Source of the DNA: Cyanophyceae cyanobacterium
GTDB taxonomy: Bacteria; Cyanobacteriota; Cyanobacteriia; Cyanobacteriales; JBHJGN01
Assembly (NCBI GenBank): GCA_050331735.1
Contig: JBHJGN010000037.1
Span: forward strand, 32,001-96,000
Length of the DNA: 64,000 nucleotides
Direction: 5' to 3'
The notes below the pieces were generated by a model that was given only the letters and a program-made list of their open reading frames with translations, ran no database searches and had not been told where the DNA came from. Made by a program: the position numbers and the translations under genes. Within the stretch, counting starts at the first letter, position 1, and every line of letters starts with the position of its first letter. This document shows positions 50,675 to 61,166 of this stretch, piece by piece.

Positions 50675-51664
50675 ATGACAAAGGTTGCAATCAACGGCTT
50701 AGGAAGAATTGGCAGAGCTGCCTTTAAAATTATTCTTGACTCCCCCAAGCTTGAGCTAGTGGCCGTTAACGATTTAGTGCCGCCTGAAAATCTGGCTTAC
50801 CTATTAAAATTCGATACCGTTTACGGACGCTATCACAAATCGGTAGACTACGACGACAATAGCCTGAGCGTAGGTGGCAAAGAGTACAAAGTTTTTGGAG
50901 AAAAAGACCCTTCTAAACTTCCTTGGAAAGACTTAGACATTGATGTTGTCTTTGAATGTACCGGAGTGTTTGATAAACGTGACGGGTTAGAAAAACATTT
51001 GCAGGCTGGGGCTAAGCAGGTTATTCTGTCTGCTCCGGCGAAAAGTGATGATATTGGTATGATTGTCTACGGAGTTAATCAAGAGCACTCCGATCCGGTT
51101 GTTTCCTGTGCGAGCTGTACCACGAACTGCATCTCTCCAGTCGTAGAAATTATCGGTCGTCGCGTGGGCATTAAAAAGGCAATTATGACGACGATTCACG
51201 CCTATACGGCTAGCCAAAGTATTGTCGATGGACCGAGTAAAAAGCTTCGTCGCGGACGTGCCGGAGCGGCCAATCTCGTGCCGACTTCGACCGGAGCGGC
51301 GATCGCCACGACCAAAGTGCTCCCTCAGTATCAAAATCGGTTTGATGGGGTGGCTGTGCGATCGCCCGTTGCCGTTGGCTCAATTGCAGATATCACCTTT
51401 GTCACCGAGAAATCTGTTTCCCCAGACGAAATTAATCAAATTTTTCGCGAAGAAGCGCAGAGCGAAAAATATACGGGAGTGGTCGGCGTTTCGGATGAGC
51501 AGATCGTCTCGTCTGATATTATTCAAGACCCCCGCGCCTCAATTGTCGATTTAACCATGACTCAAGTGGTTGACGGCGATTTGGTCAAAGTGATGAGCTG
51601 GTACGACAACGAGTGGGGCTACGCTAACCAAATGATTAGATATGCTCTTAACGGTCATTCGTAG
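50675..51664 (+). CDS. gap: type I glyceraldehyde-3-phosphate dehydrogenase
   Basis: AINGLGRIGR, ECTG, ASCTTNC, WYDNEWGY; AGGAG ribosome-binding site before ATG 50675. Confidence 0.95.
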   Translation: MTKVAINGLGRIGRAAFKIILDSPKLELVAVNDLVPPENLAYLLKFDTVYGRYHKSVDYDDNSLSVGGKEYKVFGEKDPSKLPWKDLDIDVVFECTGVFDKRDGLEKHLQAGAKQVILSAPAKSDDIGMIVYGVNQEHSDPVVSCASCTTNCISPVVEIIGRRVGIKKAIMTTIHAYTASQSIVDGPSKKLRRGRAGAANLVPTSTGAAIATTKVLPQYQNRFDGVAVRSPVAVGSIADITFVTEKSVSPDEINQIFREEAQSEKYTGVVGVSDEQIVSSDIIQDPRASIVDLTMTQVVDGDLVKVMSWYDNEWGYANQMIRYALNGHS

Positions 51665-51877
51665 ACAGTTGGGGAAACCAGAAAGAGGCAGAGGGAATCA
51701 ACGATTCCCCGTTCCCTTTGACCCGAGAAGGAACGGGCTGATCGCAGCAGAAGCTTACCGGGAAGACAACATCCGCAGGAGGATAGTCTCAACTGCCATC
51801 TCTCGAGTACAATCAGCCTAGTCAAGCGCCCGTGAATATTCCCTGACAATTTTTACAAATTTTTACAAAAGAGAGTA

Positions 51878-52708
51878 ATGATTGAGTTTGGACAAGAACT
51901 AGCTAGACCGGTTACCCCCCTGGGCATTTTAGTCAAACAGCTTCACGAAACGGTAAAAATAGCTCAGTCGACGGAGGCTCATCCTCGGCTGACAGAATCG
52001 CTTCAGCAAGTCTACAGTTTAGCGGCTGGCTTAGATCCTTATTTAGACGAATGTACCACCCCAGAGTCGTCTGCTCTAGTGAATCTCGACAGAAAAACGC
52101 GCGAGGAATCCTGGAACCAGCGCTTTTCTAATGGAGAAACCGTGCGTCATCTAGAGCAAGAAATGCTTTCAGGGCATTTAGAAGGACAAACGCTCAAAAT
52201 GTTTGCCTACATGATGAGAGCAAAGCGGGTGCTAGAAATTGGCATGTTTACCGGATACTCCGCCCTCGCCATTGCCGAAGCCCTGCCAGAGGATGGTAAA
52301 GTGATTGCCTGCGAAGTTGATCGCTACGTTTCTGAGTTTGCTCAAGCCTGTTTTGACCGTTCTCCCCACGGCTATAAAATCTACATCGAAGTCAGACCCG
52401 CCCTCGAAAGCCTGCAAAAGCTGGCCGATGCTCGAGAAAGCTTTGAGCTTGTGTTTATCGATGCTGACAAAAAAGAGTATGTAGACTACTTCAACCTCCT
52501 GCTTGAGGGAGACTTGTTAGCCCCGAACGGCGTAATCTGCGTTGATAACACGCTGCTGCAAGGACAGCCCTACCTTCCCCCCGGGCAGCGCAGCCCCAAT
52601 GGAGAAGCGATCGCCCATTTCAACCGCGTCGTGGCCGACGACCCTAGGGTAGAGCAGGTTCTTCTGCCTCTCCGGGATGGCTTGACCGTTATTCGCCGCA
52701 AACAATGA
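51878..52708 (+). CDS. mysB: O-methyltransferase, MysB (mycosporine pathway, Ava_3857-like) type
   Basis: ARPVTPLGIL, LAAGLDPYL.ECTTPES, LEQEMLSGH.EGQTLKMF, LEIGMFTGYS, FIDADK, DPRVEQVLLPLRDG. Confidence 0.8.
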   Translation: MIEFGQELARPVTPLGILVKQLHETVKIAQSTEAHPRLTESLQQVYSLAAGLDPYLDECTTPESSALVNLDRKTREESWNQRFSNGETVRHLEQEMLSGHLEGQTLKMFAYMMRAKRVLEIGMFTGYSALAIAEALPEDGKVIACEVDRYVSEFAQACFDRSPHGYKIYIEVRPALESLQKLADARESFELVFIDADKKEYVDYFNLLLEGDLLAPNGVICVDNTLLQGQPYLPPGQRSPNGEAIAHFNRVVADDPRVEQVLLPLRDGLTVIRRKQ

Positions 52709-52739
52709 ACAAGGTGAATCAACAAATCAGTGAATGGGG

Positions 52740-54368
52740 TCATTGCTTATTGTTTATTGGTGACTGTTTGGCCACTGTCCACCAGGCGATCGCATAGGGT
52801 TGCGTAGCCTGATTCACTTGCTGGCGATACTGAACGCGAATTTTATAGCGTCCGGTGGCGGGAACGGGACAGAAAATATGCTCAACGCTGTCGGCTCGAC
52901 TATAGGAGGCACAGGCGCTTCTCACTGGGTTTTCTTCGTCGAGGGGCATTAAATACAGGTCGAGGTTGTTCAAGCCGCGATCGCTAAATCGTTCTCCAAT
53001 ATCGAAGCGACCGTTGTCGTTGAGATCGACAAGCTCTACCACTCGATCCCAGGCTAGAGTAATGGCGGCAAAACTCCCTTGACGAAGCGGAGCCTCTAAG
53101 AGGTAGTCTTGGTGGGAGCGAGCCGCCACGGAGCGATAATCCCACCCTCGATTGGGAGCCGCATCGGGGTGGCCTTGGCCAGCACTGAAAAGCTGGTAGG
53201 CGCGGAGCACGTTGAGATGTCCCGTTCCCATCTGCATGTCGAGGGGAACTTTTTCGTTAATGTAGGCATCAGAATCGAGCCAGGTATCGTTGTGCTTGTT
53301 CAAAATGGTGCGGTTCATGCCAAGCATCAAACCGTCCCCACTGTCCTGGATTTTGTCTCCTGAAGTGAGTAACACCGCTTTCATAACTTCGTGCCGGCGA
53401 GAATCTAAACTCCAGTCTGGCCGAGATTGTTGCAGTTGGCGATCACCGTATTCTTGCAGGAGCGCCACCGAAGCCGTTACATGGGGAGCCGCAAAGCTGG
53501 TGCCGCTGACCTGACTAACTTTCCCACTGAGCGCTGGTAAAGAGATTTTGCTGCCAGGAGCAATTAGATTAATCGCGCGTCTTGCTCCCACGTTAATCTC
53601 TCGGGCTATTAAGCGCCGACCGATTCCTGTGGGTAAATCACTGAGGTTGGCAAAATCGACTTTTGTAAAGCTGCCTTGGCGCGTCGTGGTATAGGCAGCG
53701 GTAATGCCGTTGAAGTGATCGGTGGGAATGGGAATCCCCCCTTTGCCCTGGTTGCCAGCGATCGCGTACAGCACATCGTGAACTCGGGCTGACCAGTCTA
53801 CACACTGGGTGAGCAGGGCATTGCCGTCTAGCTGAGCCTCTTTTCTAGAGTCTCTCTCCAAAGACTCGCCAAAGCTAAAGTTAATCGCTCGCACATCGCC
53901 GCTATTTTGCAGCGCTACATGCTGACTGGAGAGACATTCCTCCGGCTGTCCAGCTCGTCTGAGAGAACCTACGGCTGACGCATACAGCTTTGCCCCTGGG
54001 GCGACTCCTCGCAGGCGTTTATCTTGATTGACCATGACGGCAGCAACCATCGCGGCATGATTGTCAACATTTTGGTTGGCAGCAGCCGGAGCATCGCGAT
54101 AGAAAATACCGGCTAAGTTAATCGCTGGATTCCAAGATACGGCTTTATCGTAACCAAATTTTCCCGGTCTACCGATTTCCACCTGACCGATGGCAATTTT
54201 ACGACCTGTCAAATTGTAGGGAGCTTGATGGAGTTGGCGAGCATTAATGCCTTTGTCTCCAACAGAGTTTTCCAGAGCCGAAGCCGGAGCAAAAATTCCT
54301 GAAGCGGCTAAGCCCCAAGCTAACCATGCCAATTGTTTACTCATTGCTTTGAGAACGACCGTAGCCAT
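52740..54368 (-). CDS. S8 subtilisin-like secreted peptidase
   Basis: Signal peptide, HAAMVA, IAGN, SGTSFAAPHV. Confidence 0.88.
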   Translation of the reverse strand: MATVVLKAMSKQLAWLAWGLAASGIFAPASALENSVGDKGINARQLHQAPYNLTGRKIAIGQVEIGRPGKFGYDKAVSWNPAINLAGIFYRDAPAAANQNVDNHAAMVAAVMVNQDKRLRGVAPGAKLYASAVGSLRRAGQPEECLSSQHVALQNSGDVRAINFSFGESLERDSRKEAQLDGNALLTQCVDWSARVHDVLYAIAGNQGKGGIPIPTDHFNGITAAYTTTRQGSFTKVDFANLSDLPTGIGRRLIAREINVGARRAINLIAPGSKISLPALSGKVSQVSGTSFAAPHVTASVALLQEYGDRQLQQSRPDWSLDSRRHEVMKAVLLTSGDKIQDSGDGLMLGMNRTILNKHNDTWLDSDAYINEKVPLDMQMGTGHLNVLRAYQLFSAGQGHPDAAPNRGWDYRSVAARSHQDYLLEAPLRQGSFAAITLAWDRVVELVDLNDNGRFDIGERFSDRGLNNLDLYLMPLDEENPVRSACASYSRADSVEHIFCPVPATGRYKIRVQYRQQVNQATQPYAIAWWTVAKQSPINNKQ

Positions 54369-54666
54369 ATCATATCAGTATCCCCAAACCAGTCGCCATT
54401 GCAGACTCACAATCAAAAATGCTTTTCTCCTCGGGCCATAGGTTTAAGTCTTCCCGATTCGTCTTCCTGCCGTCCCTCAGAGGTAGTAATTACCGCACTT
54501 TTTGAGCAAAAACTTGCAAAAGAGTAGTCTGCTGCGGTAAAACTATAGTAAGTGTGTAAAGACTTCCCGACTGTCTAAACTTCGATATCGGTAAAGCCTT
54601 TTTGGGAAGCAGAGCCTGCCAGTTATTTGCACAATTCATCAACTTTTAAGTAAATTTATAGCATCT

Positions 54667-54885
54667 ATGACTAATACAGTTGCTCACCCGATGGTGAAGC
54701 TACAGCGCAAGGTGTCTTCTTTGGTAAAGGCAAAAGTTTTGAAGCCAAGCGACAGTATCTGGAAAATCGCTCTACTGTATGGAGATAGCTGGGCATACTG
54801 GAAGCAAGAACTCCAGGAGTTTGGCTTTACAATGCAAGATCCGGTCAGTGAGTTACTCCTGGTAGAAGCCTGGGACGAGGAATAA
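54667..54885 (+). CDS. DUF4327-family small protein
   Basis: HPMVKLQRKV.SLV....KPSDSIWK...YG..W..WK.EL..F.F..QDP. Confidence 0.75.
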   Translation: MTNTVAHPMVKLQRKVSSLVKAKVLKPSDSIWKIALLYGDSWAYWKQELQEFGFTMQDPVSELLLVEAWDEE

Positions 54886-55087
54886 GCTGAACAGCCAGCC
54901 TCTGCAACGGTTTGGCCGCCGCCGTCTCACTGCCCCTCTAGCGCCCCGTCGCTATGCTCTTCTAAAGACGCTGCCAACCTCGGTCGGCCCCTCCGTAGAG
55001 CCGCGGCCTGGATTCTCCGAGGCGGAGTTCTTGATGACTCTCAGCGCCTTGCCAACGAAGCCAAGCGGAGTCGGCTTGGGGAGGTTG

Positions 55088-56929
55088 TTATCTGGAGGTA
55101 GGCTCTAGTTTGGGCTGCACCTTCACTCTAACAACGACGCCAGTCAGATTGTCGTGACCATTGTGTTGGTCGGCAAAGTCTATCAGTTTGTGTAATCCCT
55201 GCTCCAAATTTGCTCTAGAACTGAGCAAAGGCAAGAGAGATTCATCGGCAGCTTCCAACAGCTCGTTGTCAGACAGCCCATCAGAACAGAGCAGCAAAAG
55301 AGTATCCTCCGTGGCTTTAAAGAAATGAAGATCTGGTGACACAGATTGGCGATCGCTCGGTCCTAAGGCTTGAGTGAGCTGATAGGCATCAGGGCGCGAG
55401 TAAGCCGTTTCTGGCTCAACTCCTCGTAAAACTTCCTGCTGGCCAACGGTATGGTCTAACGTCAATTGCTCGACACCGCGACGAGTCACGCGGTAGATGC
55501 GACTGTCGCCAACAGTAGCAACCGCTATTTGAGTATTTTGGACTAGCGCCATTGCCAAAGTCGTTCCCATGCGCTGGTTGCCCGTTCGCCGATTCTCTTG
55601 GTTAACCTGATAGATCGTTTGATTGGCAAGTAAAATTCCCTCTTTAATGGCTTGGGCGCTCGGAAATTCCTCTTGCCAGTGAGTTTGAAAGTATTCCTGG
55701 AGGGTTTTGACAGCTAGTTTGCTAGCCAGCTCTCCGTCAATATGGCCGCCCATGCCGTCACAGACAATATATAGCCCGCGAGCCTGTACTGTCTGACCGT
55801 AACAGCTTTCTTGCTTCTGGCATGAGGTTTCGATCCAAAAATAGTCCTCGTTGCGATCACGTTGACGACCCACATCTGTTGCTCCCGCATCGCAGAGGCT
55901 ACGCAGCTCCATGGGCAAAACTACTGTGGGCATTTCGTCTTGGTTATCGTCTGGTGTCTCTAAGTCAGCCGAGAGAAAAGGGGCACTGCTAGCGGTCGTC
56001 GTGGGTTCCCCAGCTAGCTGGTTTAGCTGCGCTCGCAAGGAGTCTGCCTCCAGGCCATTTTGAGCAGCCTGTACTAGCTCGAGGAGTTCTGGCTCGGTTC
56101 TTCCAGCCTGTTCTAACCAGGTTTGCCACATCTGCGCTAACTGAGTTAGGCTGGGACGTTTGTTAGCAGGATCGCCATAGAGCTGCTGTAGGGCTAACGC
56201 TTGCTGTTCGTCAAGCCGCAGATTTGTGGCCACCAGCAGGCTTTGACAGCAGTTCTCCTCCGCTAAGAAGAACCAAAGCTGCACCATTCGCTCTAGATAT
56301 CGGCAGATCTGTGATACAGACAATTGGGTGAACTCCTCTGTTAATAGCGACCACTGAGAGCGATCGCTAATCAGGACGACTTCTCTGGCTTCTTCTCGCC
56401 AAGCATCCTGAATCTCTGGAATGGTGGGAAACTGTTCCTGAAGGTTGATGTATAGTAGAGCACTTTGGGGCAAGTTGCCCCGCAATCCTTCATCGTTATC
56501 GGTTGCTAACTGCTCTTCAAGAAGATCTAACTGCTCTTCTAGTCTAGTTTTCTGCCACGGCTGCAGGTCTGTTACTTGACAGCCAAAACTGTTTTTAGAC
56601 TTAATATCAAGGCTGTTTCCGTTGGCTAAAAGTCGATAACGCTTTTGAGAGTCTAGATAAGTTTCATCGTAACCGGGCTCCGATGTCGTTGTTTGCGCTC
56701 TAGAACTCTGAGCGGAATTGGATAATTGTTCTTCTAGTGGCACTGAAGACTCGCCCATTGTTTCTTCTGATTGAGCTTGCTTAAAGCCGCTGGAACTTGT
56801 TCCGGCAGAACTCTGAGAAATTGCCCACCATACGTTATCCATATTCATCTGTCGAACCACATTAGATTTTTTTGACAAGACGCGATCGCAATCCGCCTGC
56901 TGAATTCGACCGCTTAACGGGAAGCCCAA
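55088..56929 (-). CDS. PP2C-family Ser/Thr phosphatase (start uncertain)
   Basis: TDVGRQRDRNED, VCDGMGGH, MGTT, VGDSR, LCSDGL, GHDNLT. Confidence 0.9.
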   Translation of the reverse strand: MGFPLSGRIQQADCDRVLSKKSNVVRQMNMDNVWWAISQSSAGTSSSGFKQAQSEETMGESSVPLEEQLSNSAQSSRAQTTTSEPGYDETYLDSQKRYRLLANGNSLDIKSKNSFGCQVTDLQPWQKTRLEEQLDLLEEQLATDNDEGLRGNLPQSALLYINLQEQFPTIPEIQDAWREEAREVVLISDRSQWSLLTEEFTQLSVSQICRYLERMVQLWFFLAEENCCQSLLVATNLRLDEQQALALQQLYGDPANKRPSLTQLAQMWQTWLEQAGRTEPELLELVQAAQNGLEADSLRAQLNQLAGEPTTTASSAPFLSADLETPDDNQDEMPTVVLPMELRSLCDAGATDVGRQRDRNEDYFWIETSCQKQESCYGQTVQARGLYIVCDGMGGHIDGELASKLAVKTLQEYFQTHWQEEFPSAQAIKEGILLANQTIYQVNQENRRTGNQRMGTTLAMALVQNTQIAVATVGDSRIYRVTRRGVEQLTLDHTVGQQEVLRGVEPETAYSRPDAYQLTQALGPSDRQSVSPDLHFFKATEDTLLLLCSDGLSDNELLEAADESLLPLLSSRANLEQGLHKLIDFADQHNGHDNLTGVVVRVKVQPKLEPTSR

Positions 56930-57154
56930 GATAAAAACGCAGTCTCCTAGAGCAGGTATGCAGGTATCGCTGAACAGGCGTTAGAATCGCTGTTGCAAGA
57001 GCGCCGTGTGTGCTATCAGTAGTATGCCCGTCCGGGGGAAAAAAACATCAAACCGCAGCAAAATGCGCTGTCAGCGTAGTTGTTTGACCAACTGAGGCGA
57101 CAGTCCACAGCAAATAGCCTGGGGAAAAGGCAATCAAGTATCCACCCCAGAGAA

Positions 57155-57838
57155 TTACAGCGAGTCTCCACGTCCTGTCAAGCTTTTTTGCGAGGGCTGT
57201 AGGTAAATTTGCCGAATATCTTCAGGGATTCCGGCTTGAAGTGCTTGATATCCCTGGTCCACGTAACTTTGAATATCTTCTGGGGTTACTCCTGATGGAA
57301 GATGTGGGATGATTTGTTCGTTGCTCCAGCCGAATTTGTTGCTCATTACCAACACAAAGCGCTGTCTCGGTGGCAGTTGCTCTAGCGAGCGGTCAACGTA
57401 ACACCATAGCGGCGGTGATATGGCTAGCTCGTCGCGAATGAGTTCATCCTCGAGATGAGGGTGCTGAATGAAGGTGGCGGCTGTATGAATCAGCCAATGT
57501 TGAAAAGAATCGAAAGTGGTTTGGTCTTCTCGCATTTGGGAGAAAATGCGTTGCCACGTTAGCGCATGCAGGTAATGTGCCTGTTGGGCAGAGTGGGCGG
57601 CTGAAGCGACTAAAACGTACAGGGTCGAACTGTAGCGGCAAAAAATGGCGGTGAAGTACTTTCCTTGTTGCGGATAGCGCTCAAATAACGCTAGCAGTTC
57701 GCGATCACTATAGTGAGACAGCGACTGAATTAGGGGATGTGAGGATTCCGAAAACTGGGGAATTTGCACGAGAGAGCGATTAGCTTTGTTGAGTGAGGAA
57801 CAGAACGCCGTTACTTCCTGGCGCAACTGCGTCTTCAT
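57155..57838 (-). CDS. sigma-70/ECF-like hypothetical protein
   Basis: GKYFTAIFCRY, SPPLWCY, region-4-like LEQLPPRQR.VLVM...GWS.EQI. Confidence 0.65.
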   Translation of the reverse strand: MKTQLRQEVTAFCSSLNKANRSLVQIPQFSESSHPLIQSLSHYSDRELLALFERYPQQGKYFTAIFCRYSSTLYVLVASAAHSAQQAHYLHALTWQRIFSQMREDQTTFDSFQHWLIHTAATFIQHPHLEDELIRDELAISPPLWCYVDRSLEQLPPRQRFVLVMSNKFGWSNEQIIPHLPSGVTPEDIQSYVDQGYQALQAGIPEDIRQIYLQPSQKSLTGRGDSL

Positions 57839-57934
57839 CGTCGATATTTAAGTTAGCCTATAATTATAGGCTACATATTCTATCTGTCCCAACGGGCCAG
57901 CTTTTCGTTCCTGCTCGCAATTTTACTTTGGTCT

Positions 57935-58519
57935 ATGACTCTAGCAGTAAACTTTAATTTAGCTATCCCATCCCATCTTGCCGCTTTTTTTCCAGCGCTA
58001 GATAGTTTATTTTCCACTCAGGGCATTATGGTCATGTTACTGGCTGCCTACGCCGTGGCGATGTGGATGTTTCTCACTAGCGCCCCTAAGGTACACACCG
58101 TCATGGTATCTGATCTTAAAGTAGCTCAGCAGTTTTATGAAGGTTTACTCGATTTGCCAGTTGCCGATGTTCCTTTAAGTTATTACTACAATTATGAGCA
58201 AACTATGGGGGCTGGTAGTCTCGATCCTCTTTATCTGTCTACGAGTCCGAATGTAACGACAGCCGCTGGTCCAAACGGTTCAGAGGGACTTTGGTATCAG
58301 CTTAAAAAGAATACTCAGCTCCACGTGATTGCCGGAGCCAGCATCGGTCGCAAAGAGCGTCAAAGACACGTTTGCTTCGACCGCGATTGTTTAGAGGAAC
58401 TGTTGCTCAGAGTCCAATCCAGACGATTAAAGTACAAAATTCGCCGGAATAAACCTCTGAACTTTCTGGTCAAAGACTACGAAGAACGAGTTATTGAGAT
58501 GGCAGAGGTGTCCAACTAA
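57935..58519 (+). CDS. glyoxalase/VOC-family membrane-anchored protein
   Basis: HTVMVSDL..AQQFYEGLL, LHVI, RHVCF, FLVKD...VIEM. Confidence 0.8.
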   Translation: MTLAVNFNLAIPSHLAAFFPALDSLFSTQGIMVMLLAAYAVAMWMFLTSAPKVHTVMVSDLKVAQQFYEGLLDLPVADVPLSYYYNYEQTMGAGSLDPLYLSTSPNVTTAAGPNGSEGLWYQLKKNTQLHVIAGASIGRKERQRHVCFDRDCLEELLLRVQSRRLKYKIRRNKPLNFLVKDYEERVIEMAEVSN

Positions 58520-59250
58520 GGCAACGCTAGGCACTGAAAAATCATCAGGTGTTGTTGCGGTAACGCTTTTGTTTCCTGCCACGTCAACCCAACTGCCGCC
58601 ATCTCTTTTTTAGCCTGCTTTTCGGTCATCTTATGGAGAGCTTTGATGGGAATGAGGGGATTTTCCCGTCGATACTCAACCAGAGCCACTTTCCCCTCTG
58701 GTTTAAGGGTCTTCACAACTTGCTCCATCATTTCTCTAGGATATTCAAATTCGTGGTAGGCATCTACCATCAGCACCCAATCTACACTGCTAGGAGGAAG
58801 ATGGGGATTTTTGAGGCTGCCCAGGACTGTGGTAACGTTCTCAACGCGATTGTCTTTTAAAAACTCAATCGCGTTCAGCATTTCTGGCTGAATATCAACC
58901 GCAAAGACTTTTCCCTGGGGTACAAGGGGAGCCAGGCGAAAGCTAAAATAGCCGGTTCCAGCACCCAGGTCAGCGACGACATCAGTCGGTTTAAGCTCAA
59001 GAGACTCAACCACTCGTTCAGGCTGTTCAGTAGATTCTCGACTTGGACGTTCTAACCACAGCATCTCTTGATGTCCCATTACTTGAGCAATCTCTCGTCC
59101 CAGATAAAATTTGCCAATGCCGTCTCGGCTATGGATAGCTCGTTCCTGATAGTATTGGCCGACATCGGTTGCTACTGGGGAAATCCTAAAGCTCATCACC
59201 CCCAGCAGCAAGATGGTGCAAGCCGCCGCTACTCCATAAAAATATTTCAT
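58516..59250 (-). CDS. class I SAM-dependent methyltransferase
   Basis: VADLGAGTGYF, AVDIQ, MVDAYHE, LKPEG. Confidence 0.9.
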   Translation of the reverse strand: MKYFYGVAAACTILLLGVMSFRISPVATDVGQYYQERAIHSRDGIGKFYLGREIAQVMGHQEMLWLERPSRESTEQPERVVESLELKPTDVVADLGAGTGYFSFRLAPLVPQGKVFAVDIQPEMLNAIEFLKDNRVENVTTVLGSLKNPHLPPSSVDWVLMVDAYHEFEYPREMMEQVVKTLKPEGKVALVEYRRENPLIPIKALHKMTEKQAKKEMAAVGLTWQETKALPQQHLMIFQCLALP

Positions 59251-59391
59251 ATCCTGGGTTTTTTGACGACGGTTTTCTCGATCCGTTTAACTATGGTAAA
59301 AAGAGTCAAGCAGGGAAATTTTCGTCTCTGGTGAATCCCTTTGTGCTGGTATGCTTCCCAGTTAAAGGGAAGTCAATCCGCTGCTAACTGA

Positions 59392-59865
59392 GTGAAACAA
59401 ATGATGGCCAATCGAGTGAGAGTTGCGAAAGATAAAGCCGAATTAGTACAGAGTTTGATCGCAACGAATAATCCTCATAGTCCTTTTCAAACCTATGCAG
59501 ATGTGTTGGCGTTTGCGGCAGCTATCGGGGCAAAATACCACAAGCAGGTGCCTCTAGAGAGCGTATCTACCCATGAACCGGGTCCAGTCAGCTTAGACGT
59601 ATTTATTTCTCGCGGGTACGACTTAACGCTCAAGCTATTGGCAATCGCTCATACTCGCGATCTTCAAGTCCTCGCCGTTCTCGATCCAGAAGCGGAAGAA
59701 CGCAGAACGGCTATTTTTGAAGAATACGCTAACGGCGGACTAGAATGGTTGCGGGATGAGTTAAGAGGGGCCGTTGATTACTCTGAAAGGCTATTACTAA
59801 TTCTGAACAAAGAACGACTTGACCCAAATTCTCAAGCAGAATTTGATCTGAGTCGTTTTTTGTAG
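59392..59865 (+). CDS. DNA phosphorothioation-associated protein 4-like
   Basis: RVRVAKDKAELV, FQTYADV..FAA, IFEEYANGGL..L, FDLSRFL; recognised by recall. Confidence 0.7.
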   Translation: MKQMMANRVRVAKDKAELVQSLIATNNPHSPFQTYADVLAFAAAIGAKYHKQVPLESVSTHEPGPVSLDVFISRGYDLTLKLLAIAHTRDLQVLAVLDPEAEERRTAIFEEYANGGLEWLRDELRGAVDYSERLLLILNKERLDPNSQAEFDLSRFL

Positions 59866-60039
59866 ATGTTAGTCCATCGTTCAGACAAGCTCAGCTTAGG
59901 ATAGAGGAAAAGACAGGAAAAAAGCTCTCTGTTTCTCCTTTACTCTTTACCCCCTTAGAGTGAGTCCTCTATTAGGGAGCCGTCACTAACGCTCGACGCT
60001 CAGATGTTCGTTAACCTCATGACTATGACTGGCTCACTG

Positions 60040-60276
60040 TCAAAACTTACTCAAATCTAGACCCGCTTCATTAGCCATTGCCTGTAAACCTTTCTTTTCT
60101 AGGGTTTTAATGGCTTTAGTAGAAAGGCGTAGTTTGACCCAGCGATTGCCTTCTGGCCACCAAACTCTTTTCGACTGAAGATTCGGCTGCTGGAGTCTTT
60201 TGGTGCGGCGGTGAGAGTGAGAGATAGAGAAAGCATTGTTAGCCTTCTTCCCGGTGAGCTGACATCGACGAGACAT
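60040..60276 (-). CDS. rpmB: 50S ribosomal protein L28
   Basis: [22 protein letters not shown]. Confidence 0.97.
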   Translation of the reverse strand: MSRRCQLTGKKANNAFSISHSHRRTKRLQQPNLQSKRVWWPEGNRWVKLRLSTKAIKTLEKKGLQAMANEAGLDLSKF

Positions 60277-60344
60277 GATTATTTCCTGTTAACCAATAAC
60301 TTATTGATTGTAGCTGATGAGCCAAATAAATGAGAGGCGATCGC

Positions 60345-61043
60345 CTAAGAGCGCGTTCGGCGCCGAATTTCGCTAGCGCGACGGCGAGGAGAACGCTGGG
60401 TTGGACCGCCTAGCTGACGGCTCACCTCGGCAAAGATATCTCGCTGTAGCAAGGGATATTCGCCAATCCAGAGGTTGTGTTGAGGAATATAGACATCGGT
60501 AATTTTATCGATGGGAGCTAGCTCTGGCTGCTGAGACAGCACGACAAGTTCCGCGACTTGGCCAGGAGCGACGGCTTTATGAATCCGGCGCAGAGGAGCC
60601 TGAACGGTCGCCCGAAAACCTGTTTCGTCCCCGACTTCTAGATTGATGCGGCGTTCGCGGTTTTCAATGATAACCAGTTCACCTCGCTTGTTGACGGTTT
60701 CTTCTTCACTCACCAGCTCTTCGGTCAGATAAACATCCAGCACTTGCCCTCTGAGAAAACCGCTATAAGGATAACGCCGATAAGCGGCATTTCGCAGGCT
60801 GGCCCAATAGACAGGCCCCCAAAGCCAATAGAGTCCAGCGCTAAGGCACAAGATTAGAGTAAGTGATTTTCCTCCGTCGCCTAGCAAGCTGCCGAGGATG
60901 AGCATGACAACAACGGCCACGACTGAAATCAATAGCTGCTTGAGGAAATTTTGCACATTCTTCCAGTGATGGGCATACTGAGGCCCTGTGGCAATGAGGG
61001 GAACAATTTGTTCAAATTTCTCGCGAGTGAGGGGAATAAGCAT
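60345..61043 (-). CDS. conserved cyanobacterial membrane protein
   Basis: MLIPLTR.KFEQ..P, two TM helices, YWLWGPV; function unclear. Confidence 0.75.
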   Translation of the reverse strand: MLIPLTREKFEQIVPLIATGPQYAHHWKNVQNFLKQLLISVVAVVVMLILGSLLGDGGKSLTLILCLSAGLYWLWGPVYWASLRNAAYRRYPYSGFLRGQVLDVYLTEELVSEEETVNKRGELVIIENRERRINLEVGDETGFRATVQAPLRRIHKAVAPGQVAELVVLSQQPELAPIDKITDVYIPQHNLWIGEYPLLQRDIFAEVSRQLGGPTQRSPRRRASEIRRRTRS

Positions 61044-61166
61044 CAGCAGTTATTAGTGAGCAGTGACCAGTGCAGGAAATCGAGCAGTAGATTCGCGTTC
61101 ACAATCAATGATTAACCATCAACAAAACGCTAGCATGTAGCCAACAATTCTGTTAACCAAGAACGG

